Origin: Octopus vulgaris
Taxonomy: Eukaryota
DNA: 64,000 nucleotides
Assembly: GCA_951406725.2 (NCBI GenBank)
Contig: OX597814.1
Location: 10,788,001-10,852,000, forward strand
Direction of reading: 5' to 3'
Below are positions 53,445 through 64,000 of this stretch, one piece after another (position 1 is the first letter of the stretch; each line of letters opens with the position of its first letter). The position numbers and the translations under genes were made by a program. The notes beneath the pieces were generated by a model. The model was not told where the DNA came from, searched no databases, and saw nothing but the letters and a program-made list of their open reading frames with translations.

Positions 53445-55228
53445 CCCGGTTATATTTAGCACACTTATCAAGGCCAAAGTCCATCCCGATGTCATTACTA
53501 AATTCTTTAACAGTTGTTAGCAGCCCTACTAGTTCTTCGTCATTACTAGCAAACAGCTTCACAGTGTCCATATAAAACAGATGGTTTATTATCATATTGT
53601 AAACTTTGAACCCATACCAAGTGTTATTTAGTTCGTTTGAGAGTGGGATCAGTGCTAATGGGGAGAGGGAAGTTACCTTGAAAGATGTCCATTTGATGTT
53701 GATATTGTTAGCTTGGCTCATCTCATTACTATGGTTTAGAAGGAAAAGTGTGTTCCACTTGGCCATGCTACCTTGTAAGAATTTGGAGATGACATGAGAG
53801 ATCTTATATATCTCAAGGGCCTTGAGTATCCAATTACGTGTAACACTATCAAACGTATGAGTAATTGATCTTTGCACCCATAAGAATTCCTTTTACAGCC
53901 TTTTTTAAGCTTGTGGAAGGATAGATTTCTGTTCAAGGAAAGCGTATTTTCTATCAGTTGATATGGATGTATCTTGTAGATGGTGTTGAAACAGGTTAAG
54001 GGTCAGTAGTTCTTCTGATTTTTTGTGTTTCAGTTTTTGGTAGTAGGTATGCTGTACCTTCTGTCAGCCAGGCAGGTATTTGCTCTGTGTTCTGGAGGAC
54101 ACCACTCAGAGATGCATCGAAATTTTGGTGAACTTTTGTCAGTTGATTTAGCCAGAAATTAGGAATTCGGTCCAGTCCTGGAGTTTTCTATTTGTGAAAC
54201 TTCCTAAGAACACATCTTACCTCTTCTATTCCTATTGCCTCCCATTTCTACTCTTCAAATTCACCTAGTCTCACTTTCTCACGCTCTATCCAGTTAGCTT
54301 TAGCATTTTTATTATTTTTGTTGCTTCATATCTTCTTCCAGAACTCTTCAATTTCTTCAGTCATTGGTGGCTTCTTTACTTCTATTTTCCTTTTGCCAAT
54401 TTCCTTATAATATTTCTTTGCATCCGTCTTCAATATCTAGTTTTGTCGATAAAATTTAATTCGTTTGCCATACCTTTTAAGCCGTTGGGCTCTCAGTTGT
54501 ATTCGCTGTTACAATTGTTCCTTGGTTGCAGGGAGGTTTATAAAATCTTTGATTTTATAGTTTTGCTTGATTTTTCTGGCTCGTTTCGTCTTAACATTTA
54601 CACTTCTAGCAAGTTCATTGAGAACTAATACATCCGCCCGCAGACATTCAATTTCTTTTCGTATTGCTACTTTCCACTTAAGAGGTGTATTGACACGGCT
54701 GGTCTTTTTCTGTGTCATCCTGATACCCAGTTGAGCAGTTACAACTTTAGCGGTAGAATAGATGAGGTTATTTAAGATTGTTAGGTCATTTCCCTTATTA
54801 AGATCTGTCTAAGACCAACATTATATATCATGATTATGTTGTTATTTTTTATGCTGTTTGAAAACTTTGGTAGAGGTTCTCAATTGATGAATTTAGTGAA
54901 CTCAGTCTTGCTGAGTTCTCTCATAAAATATTCATTTGCTTCTGTATCATACTTATTTTGATGTACTTAAGGTAGGTCTCCTTTCTTCTCTCTTCCCGCA
55001 TATCTGTTCTTCGTTATTCTTTCTTCAGCTTCCTCGTTGGAATGCACTGCTCGTACACTGGGTTCTGTGCATCTGTTACCTATTTTATCTGCATTGTTGC
55101 TGTTTTCATTTGGTCTACAAAGAGATTATTTGTGTCCTAATTTGGCTAATTTCAGCGTCACTTTACCTTTTATTCTTAACGATGCCTCAACGTTGATTAC
55201 TTAATTTATTTGCGTCTATATACCAGCG
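53445..55228 (-). mobile_element. Decayed R4/Dong-clade non-LTR retrotransposon (N-terminal region and reverse transcriptase)
   Basis: Motifs across frameshifts: DANKLSNQR, PGLDRIPNFWL, IPAWLTEGTAYLLPK, KGCKRNSYGCKDQLLI, FDSVTRNWILKALEIY, INHLFYMDTVKLFASN..FSNDIGMDFGLDKCAK. Confidence 0.88.
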
Positions 55229-55229
55229 T

Positions 55230-55376
55230 ATTGTTATTATTATTATAATTATAATTGTTGCTGTTGTTGTTATTGTTGTCGCTGTCATTCTTCTTCTTCT
55301 TCTTTTTCTTCTTCTTCTTCTTCTTCTTCTTCTTCTTCTTCTTCTTCTTCTTCTTCTCCTCTTCTTCTTCTTATAA

Positions 55377-55457
<81 letters not shown>

Positions 55458-55483
55458 TTATTATTTTTATTATTATTATCATT

Positions 55484-55514
<31 letters not shown>

Positions 55515-55517
55515 TTA

Positions 55518-55552
<35 letters not shown>

Positions 55553-55574
55553 TTTATTTTTATTATTATTATTA

Positions 55575-55609
<35 letters not shown>

Positions 55610-55631
55610 TTTATTTTTATTATTATTATTA

Positions 55632-55677
<46 letters not shown>

Positions 55678-55736
55678 CATTATTATCATTATTATTATTA
55701 TCATTATTATTATTATTATCATTATTATTATTATTA
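55230..55736. repeat. (TTA)n/(TTC)n trinucleotide array
   Basis: Direct reading; abuts the 5' end of the R4/Dong element. Confidence 0.95.
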
Positions 55737-56167
55737 GTGACAGCTTTGCATCACGAATGACTAGAAGCTTGTATTCACTTGTGCCGGATCCCCTGACTTC
55801 ATTCCCTGCCCTTAGCTGGAGCTACACGTCGTCTAAAAACAGACGAAATTCTACATTTTCATTTATCTATTTATTTATTTATTTATTTATTTATTTCCTT
55901 TTACCGTATTTTATCGGATGCGAGAAACGAAGACGACATTGTGCAGTATACTCGTACACTAATAATTGGGTGATGCTGTAGCTTAGATAAGGAAAGCCAG
56001 ATGACAAGTACTGTGATATAGACTCACGAACTCCCTTCAAGAATGCTGAATACATGTGTAGGAAGTTTGCAACGTTATATTACACGTACTGAGTTCATGG
56101 CACACACTCTTGTACATTGAGACAAACAAACGAAGATTTAGCATTTAGCATTGTACGTATGAAGTTT

Positions 56168-56199
<32 letters not shown>

Positions 56200-56457
56200 T
56201 AATATGTACATTTTTATATATATACATATATGCACACACATTTATATATGTATATATACATACACACACACACACACACTCAAATATATATATATACTCG
56301 TGTGAATAAATATATGTTCACATACACACGCACATGCATACATATTCATATATACATATATATATATATACATGCACACATATATATATACATATATACA
56401 TATACAGATATATGTGTATATGTGGATAAGTAGAAGCAAACATATACACCGTTCATA

Positions 56458-56533
<76 letters not shown>

Positions 56534-57266
56534 TTTATATATGACTGTATGTATCTGTAGTGTATCTAAATGTGTGCTTGTATATACATACATACATATA
56601 TGTATATATGTATGTATATATGCATATTGTTTAGTTAAGGAAGAATCAACTGTCTTTTCATTCATTTCGAAAAGGATATAGAGAGGGAAAGAAATTATAC
56701 CCCACAGCAGTTGGTCAGAGACTGAGAATGCTTTTGAAAGCAAAATCAGAGGAGAACTAGAAAAAAGTTGCTGATAAGAAAAAAAAATTTATGATGGAGA
56801 AGATAATTTTTAATGATTTATTATGAAATTCATTGAAATATCAAACCAGCGCCATACAATCTCAAAATAGTTTTTATGTTTAAACGTGCGGTTGAAACAA
56901 ATATACTTGAGTGTTTGAAAGAGTTTCTGGTCTCTTCGACACTTGGTGCTATGGTTATGCATGATCTTGTTGATGCCATCGTTGTCGTCGTTGTTGCTAC
57001 TGCTCTTGTTGTTGTTGTTGCTTAGAATATCCAAAATGTATCTTGGACTGGCATCATCCAATATGGTTGTCGACTAGTGGGGCCATCAGATAGAATGCGT
57101 TGCGATAGAACACCAAGTTCAAGTCGCACCATTGTCCTGTTTGCCTTTCATTCTTTCTGGGTTGAAGACATGCCAGCCAATAATTTTACACTACCCCTAC
57201 CTCTCTCTGTCTGTCTGTCTCACACTGTCTCTCTCTCTATCTCTCTATCTCTCTCTCTCCCTCTCT

Positions 57267-57337
<71 letters not shown>

Positions 57338-57495
57338 CGCTGTTATCGATTTTCTCAGCAACGAGTATGCCATGAGGATTCCAGACATGAGTTCTACTCA
57401 CGTGTCAAGTTTCATCAAAATCGATAAAACGATGTAGGAGGAGTTAGCTAACAATGCCACAAACTCACCCACAGACAGAATTTCCTACACATGTA

Positions 57496-57563
<68 letters not shown>

Positions 57564-57564
57564 A

Positions 57565-57872
57565 GAGGCGCAATGGCCCAGTGATTAGGGCAGCGGACTC
57601 GCGGTCGGAGGATCGCGGTTTCGATTCCCAGACCGGACCTTGTGTGTGTTTATTGAGCGAAAACACTTAAAAGCTCCACGAGGCTCCGGCAGGGGGGGGT
57701 GGTGATCCCTGCTGTACTCTTTCACCACTCTTTCTCCCACTCTGTTGGCCTGCTCGCTTAGCCAGCGGGGTGGCGTCAGTCGAAGGCTAAAACAATGTGA
57801 ACGCATTGTGACCAGCGATGTGTAACAACATCTGATGGTCTGGTCGGTCACGTGATCACGTGATCACGTGAT
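57565..57872 (+). mobile_element. SINE family C, full length
   Basis: Same as 31340; tail (tcacgtga)3. Confidence 0.9.
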
Positions 57873-58508
57873 ATATATATATATATCAAGTTTTACATCC
57901 TGAACGTTCTTCAGTCAAGGATGGGGGCACTGGAAGAGCATCCGAGTCAGTTAAGCATTTCTCAAACCATTCGCAAAAGACAAGATGGCTATGAGAGTCG
58001 ACAGAGATTAACAGAGATGATAAAATTGTAGTTGCAGATGTTAATGAAGAGGATAACAAGATACATTCACATTTGTGTATTTTCTGTAGTATATGTGTTA
58101 TAAGCTGGAGAATAACTACGTTATATATATATCTTTGGTTTTCTGATCAACGCTTTTTGTGCATAAATATTCATTTATTGACGCCGGCTATTAATGCGCA
58201 ATATGCAAATTAGCTTAGCCTCTTCAACTAGATTCTAGTTTGCGTTTGATTTAAACAGCGATTGCCAATGTTATCGGATTGAGAACCTTCAGTTGTTTGT
58301 CCCGAATCTGTGCTCTGAGATTAAATCTGAGATCAAATTTGAGATCATAAACAAATTTGTTGAAACTTTTGTCAGATGTGAGCGATAGGTAGTATCAGCC
58401 ATTTAAAAACACAATAGAAACAGTTTATTTGATTCGATCAAAACTTCGGTTGTGATGCAGCGATGTTGGTGATGACGATGATGACAATAGTGATGGTGAT
58501 GATGATGA

Positions 58509-58540
<32 letters not shown>

Positions 58541-58634
58541 TCTTTATATAGATAGATAGACATACATGTATTTACATACATGCATTTAAATATGCATATG
58601 TGTGTATACACACACACACACACATATATATACC

Positions 58635-58862
58635 TATTTCTTTACTACCCACAAGGGGCTAAACGCAGAAAGGACAAACAAGGACAGACAAACGGACTAA
58701 GTCGATTATATCGACCCCAGTGCGTAACTGGTACTTATTTAATCGACCCAGAAAGGATGAAAGGCAAAGTCGACCTCGGCGGAATTTGAACTCAGAACGT
58801 AACGGCAGACGAAATACGGCTACGCATTTCGCCCGGCGTGCTAACGTTTCTGCCAGCTCGCC
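58635..58862 (-). mobile_element. Young SINE B
   Basis: Flanked by atatatatacc on both sides (ending at 58634 and 58876). Confidence 0.88.
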
Positions 58863-58884
58863 TATATATATATACCGTTTGAGG

Positions 58885-59520
58885 GACTCTCTCAGACATA
58901 CACTCAGTTATACAGTGACCCACCTTCACCAGCTATGCTGACGATACGCAAGTATCACAGGCGGTCAAGAATTCTGATGACATCCTAAAACTGCAGAAAG
59001 GCTCGAATACAATATACAAATGGGTCGATGAAAATAACATGCACTTCAATGCTAAAAAGTTTGAAGCACTACTCTATCGGTCCACAAACAGACTACAATG
59101 GCGAACGCTCAAAACCATGTGGTAGTGCAAACTCAGAGTCAGGTTCGGTGGAACGTGACTTGGGAATCCACAAGTGTAATAATGCAAATGGTGAGTACCA
59201 CTGCATGGTACCAATCTCATGTGTTCTTCATCTAGAATAAGGACCCAGTACTGTAACAGCTTGTAATCCAAGGCTCCAAATCTATTTAACATTTTACCGA
59301 ACAGCCTCTGAAATTTGGGAGGTGTAGATGTGAAGATCTTAAAAAAACGTCTCTATAAATTTTTACCTGAGATAAGAGATGAACGGCAGGAGGCACAAAC
59401 AAAATCAACTCTAACTCGCTACTTCACCAGAATCAATACAGAAAGAATTCCAATCACACTGGAAGGTGGTGCCCCAGCATGGCCAGAACCTCTGACTGAG
59501 ACGAATAAAGTAATAAAGCG
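58885..59520 (+). pseudogene. CR1/L2-group LINE remnant: RT catalytic region joined to C-terminus and 3' tail
   Basis: From 58922 TFTSYADDTQVSQAVKNSDDILKLQKG..KWVDENNMHFNAKKFEAL (YADD at 58934-58945), then ERDLGI and APNLFNILP; tail ggtggtgccccagcatggcc..ctgag. Confidence 0.85.
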
Positions 59521-59537
59521 ATATGTGTTTGTGTGTG

Positions 59538-60040
59538 TGGTCGGGTTGTCGTCGACTAAACTGGCACTTATACCAGGCTGTTCACAAGTGCTACAGGTAA
59601 CATGGAATCCAGTAGAACCTGTTGCATGGTCGGATTGACAGCGATTAAACCGGCACCCCAACCAGGCTACCCTGGTGAGGAGTGTTGTTAGAAACCCAGC
59701 AGGGTTAAGAACAAGACCTGTTGAAAGGTGAGATGAACCTAGGGCAACTTCAACGGTTATCTAGCAATAGCACAGATACGCAGAAATTCCTGGATTGTGT
59801 CCGGCGTGCTAGAAGGCCACTGGGAAGGAGGCACCCCTCAACTTCTGTTGAAGCATGTCTCAAGGAGAAGGCCACACTGATATAATACCAGATATGCAGG
59901 GAATGGCATTGGGTATTTTGAGGATCTTTGGCATTGCTGATCTCTGCTCGATAGGTGCTGCTTCCCCACCCCATATCCTACAACGCACAACGTTCCTGAA
60001 GGTCTGCAATGGTCTTTCTCGGTCACGAGTGGACGGCCAT
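59538..60040 (+). mobile_element. Probable RTE-type LINE 5' UTR fragment, related to 39870-40195
   Basis: Shared start ggtcgggttgtcgtcgactaaactggca and shared ggtgaggag and aggagaagg blocks. Confidence 0.4.
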
Positions 60041-60041
60041 C

Positions 60042-60700
60042 ATGTATATATGCATGTATGTATGTATGCATGTATGTATGTATGCATGTATGTATGTATG
60101 TATGTATGTTTGTATGTATGTATGTATGTTTGTATGTATGTATGTTTGTATGTATGTATGTTTGTACGTATGTTTGTATGTATGTATGTATGTATGTTTG
60201 TATGTATGTATGTATGTTTGTATGTATGTATGTATGTATGTATGTATGTATGTATTATGTATGTATGTATGTATGTATGTATGCATGCATGTATGTATGT
60301 ATGTATGTATGTTTGTATGTATGTATGTTTGTATGTATGCATGTTTGTACGTATGTTTGTATGTATGTATGTATGTATGTTTGTATGTATGTATGTATGT
60401 ATGTATGTATGTATGTATGTATGTATGTATGTATGTATGTATGTATGTATGTATGTATGTATGTATGTGTGCAGATTTATAAAGAGGGTATTTTTGAATG
60501 TATGTATGTATTATGTATGTATGTATGTATGTATGTATGTATGTATGTATGTATGTATGTTTGTATGTATGTATGTATGTATGTATGTATGTATGTATGT
60601 ATGTATGTATGTATGTATGTATGTTTGTATGTACGTATGTATGTATGTATGTATGTATGTATGTATGTATGTATGTATGTATGTATGCATGTATGTATGT
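60042..60700. repeat. (TATG)n tetranucleotide array
   Basis: Direct reading; source of the MYVC-repeat ORFs. Confidence 0.95.
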
Positions 60701-61003
60701 GTACACGTATACGTATGCTTGCAATGTGTGGACTTGTATTTTTTGTTCGTGGATTTCAAAAAGTAAATCTGATTGTGTGTTTAAAATCTTTTCATATAAC
60801 GAAAGAATGATTAGAGACAGACAGAAAAGTATGTTATCTGCTGATGAAGAGGCTTTGATTTACAAGCATTTTATAGATAGCTGTTCTCTGTCCACCGATA
60901 GAGAACCTGCTATAGATCTGCTTGCAAAATGTATTCAATAAACCTTGTTTTGCGTGACACGTCTTCGCTAACCTATATTTAACACTATATTTAACCTATA
61001 TTT

Positions 61004-61236
61004 AAGGCGGCGAGCTGGCAGAAACGTTAGCAAGCCGGGCGAAATGCGTAGCCGTATTTCGTCTGCCGTTACGTTCTGGGTTCAAATTCCGCCGAGGTCG
61101 ACTTTGCCTTTCATCCTTTCGGGGTCGATAAATTAAGTACCAGTTACGCACAGGGGTCGATATAATCGACTTAATCCGTTCGTCTGTCCTTGTTTGTCCC
61201 ATCTGTGTTTAGCCCCTTGTGGGTAGTAAAGAAATA
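61004..61236 (+). mobile_element. Full-length young SINE B
   Basis: aaggcggcgagctggcagaaacg..gttcaaattcc..ccccttgtgggtagtaaagaaata; TSD tatatttaacact at 60974-60986 and 61237-61249. Confidence 0.9.
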
Positions 61237-61572
61237 TATATTTAACACTCCCATGAGGTATTTGAGGCTGTATATGATTTAAATAACATCTCATAGAACA
61301 AGGTTTGACTTGATCTACTTCCAAAATAAACCAAGATAATGAAAACAGTTAAAAAACAAACATAGGGTACATTTGAAGAACATGATTTTATCATTCAAAA
61401 GCGATACTCTTCTCTCTCTCTCTCTCTCATTATGGCTTTCTCTAAATACATACATACATACGGACATATGTATACATACATTCAGACATACATACATACA
61501 TACATATATACATACATACATACGTAAATATATACACCTATCTATCTAATTATCTATCTATCTACTATTATC

Positions 61573-61620
<48 letters not shown>

Positions 61621-61823
61621 GTGAAATAGAAAGATGAATAATCTTGTTGCAGATTTCTTCAATTCACTAATAATATATACATATATATATATATATATGC
61701 ATACATGCATACACACACATGCTTAAATATATGTATATGTACATATATATATTTATATATAAATGTGTATATATATTCATATATATATGTATATATATAT
61801 ATTCATATATAAGTATATATATG

Positions 61824-61893
<70 letters not shown>

Positions 61894-62498
61894 AGAGAGA
61901 GAGAGAGAGAGATACATACATACATACATACATACATACATACATACATACATACATACATACATACATACATACATACATACGTACATACATACATACA
62001 TGCAGAGGATTTTTCTAAAAGATGGACAGATTTTTCTAGTTAACTAAACAATTTGAAACTTCGTATACTGGTAGGATGTGTCAAAAGAAAACATTAATTT
62101 CAACTAGAAATTTTGAGAAAATTGTATTTTGTAACTCTTACGTAGTTTAATTCTTCGAATTTTAACCAATGAAATCCCAGCATTTGTCCTAAATTCATTT
62201 GCTGCGTCTAAGTAAACAGCACACACATACACACGCACACGTGTTATTCATCCATCACTTCTGTCTTCTGTAGGTGCTAGAAATAACAGCTATATCTCTT
62301 AAATCGATGAATTTCGTCGCCCAATAAAAATATTAACGATATTTTTGGACTTTTAAAACATGTTCGTATTCGTTCCGCTTTCGCAGGACATCAATTTTTT
62401 TGTGGTTTCCACGCATTGTCTTGTTATTTCCTATAAAGTCATGCCTAACGCACCACTTACATACTTCACACGCACACACACACACACACACACAACAA

Positions 62499-62530
<32 letters not shown>

Positions 62531-62758
62531 AACAAACACACACACACAGGTAATCGTTCCGTAAGTCAGGGATGACATTTAAATAAACATGGGTACCTGT
62601 AAGTGTATGTTTTTGTTGTGTATGTGTGCGTGTGTGTGTGTTTGTTGTGTGTATGTGTGTTATTGTTGTGTATGTGTGTGTGTGTTTTTTGTTGTGTATG
62701 TGTGTTTTTGTTGTGTATGTGTGTGCGTGTGTGTGTGTTATTGTTGTTTTGTTGTTTT

Positions 62759-62990
62759 AAGGCGGCGAGTTGGCAGAAACGTTAGCACGCCGGGCGAAAT
62801 GCTTAGCGGTATTTCGTCTGCCGTTACGTTGTGAGTTCAAATTCCGCCGAGGTCGATTTTGCCTTTCATCCTTTTGGGGGCGATAAATTAAGTACCAGTT
62901 ACGCACTGGGGTCGATGTAATCGACTTAATACCTATGTCTGTCCTTGTTTGTCCCTTCTATGTTTAGCCCCTTGTGGGTAATAAAGAAAT
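62759..62990 (+). mobile_element. Full-length young SINE B
   Basis: Near-identical to 61004; inserted in a TG/TTG microsatellite. Confidence 0.9.
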
Positions 62991-63577
62991 GGGCGTGTGT
63001 GTTATTGTTGTGTGTATGTGTGTGTGTGTGTGTTTTTTTTTTTGTTGTCTATCATCGTCATTGTTCCCAGTCCTCCTCACAACATCAGTACAATATCATT
63101 CACGAAGAAGTTGGCGAAGAGAAGAAAATCAGAGACTATCTAATCAACAACATCGTTTCGTTTATCTATTATCTATCATGACACGTTAATGATTTCCCCA
63201 TTGCTTTAGTTTCTGGCTATTGTTCCTTTTTAATTGTGTTTAATGTGCTCTTTTCAACAGAAAGGAAAGTGACGTGAGATAATCCCAATACACTATACAT
63301 ACATATATACAATATATATAAAAATATATAACACGCATTGAGTTGAAACAGGGGCAGCTGAAGAAGGGGAATGTTCCTTGTATTGTTTGTCTTGTACTCT
63401 GTTTTTTCGTTGTTAAAAAAAGTCCGTTTCCTTGTTTGATTTTATGTTTTCGTTTCTCGTTATGTTCTACGTTTATTTGTGGGGCCCTGTACTCATATAT
63501 GCATGTATATATACATATAGATTTAGGTATGTACATATATGTATGTATGTATGTATATGTTTTATTTATCAAATTGT

Positions 63578-63611
<34 letters not shown>

Positions 63612-63615
<4 letters not shown>

Positions 63616-64000
63616 GTAGGAGTGGCTGTGTGGTAGGTAGGTTGCTTACTAACACATGGTTCAGGGTTCAGTCCCACTGCGTGGCACCTTGGGTAAGTGT
63701 CTTCTGCTATAGCCTCGGGCAGACCAAAGACTTGTGAATGGATTTGGTAGACGGAAACTGAAAGAAGCCCGTCTTATATATATATATATATATGTAAGTA
63801 TATATATGTGTATATTTATATGTATATATTTGTGTGTATGTATGCATATGTTTGTGTGTCTGTGTTTGTCCCCCCAACATCGCTTGACAAACGATGCTAG
63901 TGTGTTTACGACCCCGTCATCTAGCGGTTTGGCAAGAGTCACCGATAGAATAAGTACTAGGCTTACAAAGAATAATAAGACCAGGGGTCGATTTGCTCGA
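63612..64000 (+). mobile_element. SINE family A (runs off the window end)
   Basis: ggagtggctgtgtggtag..ggttcagtcccactgcgtggcacc..ccgatagaataagtactaggcttacaaag. Confidence 0.88.

Noticed and set aside
58195-58220. Octamer ATGCAAAT (also near 41917 beside TGTTTGTTT)
   Set aside because: An 8-mer is expected by chance in 64 kb of AT-rich DNA; no independent evidence of an enhancer.
59855-60941. Long ORFs of 147-303 aa (MYVC/HTYI repeats), also at 28638-29568, 10811-11386, 42072-42714 and 55255-55737
   Set aside because: They are translations of (TATG)n, (TACA)n or trinucleotide microsatellites that lack stops by composition; no coding signal.

Overview
Eukaryotic, AT-rich, microsatellite-saturated non-genic (intergenic or deep intronic) DNA. 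The SINE repertoire and (TA)n/(CA)n/(TACA)n density suggest an octopod cephalopod genome; this is inference, not checked. I see no intact host protein-coding gene, and almost all track ORFs are translations of simple repeats. Recognisable content: three tRNA-type SINE families (called A, B, C here), decayed LINE fragments (CR1/L2-group, RTE, R4/Dong-type RLE), decayed Tc1/mariner elements and MITEs, and a canonical non-autonomous Helitron. The main finding is a near-perfect 594-bp x 4.3 tandem array (48274-50836) inserted in a (TA)n tract. Each full unit carries a type I hammerhead ribozyme with an unusually long (70-nt) helix II and a palindromic helix III, and the array starts about 5 nt from the predicted cleavage register. 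This is the signature of a retrozyme or Penelope-like circular-RNA retroelement. At least four other hammerhead-like motifs, a dispersed homologue of the unit and several fold-back palindromes also sit in or beside (TA)n tracts, suggesting a guild of ribozyme-bearing, TA-targeting non-autonomous elements. All folds and alignments were done by eye.
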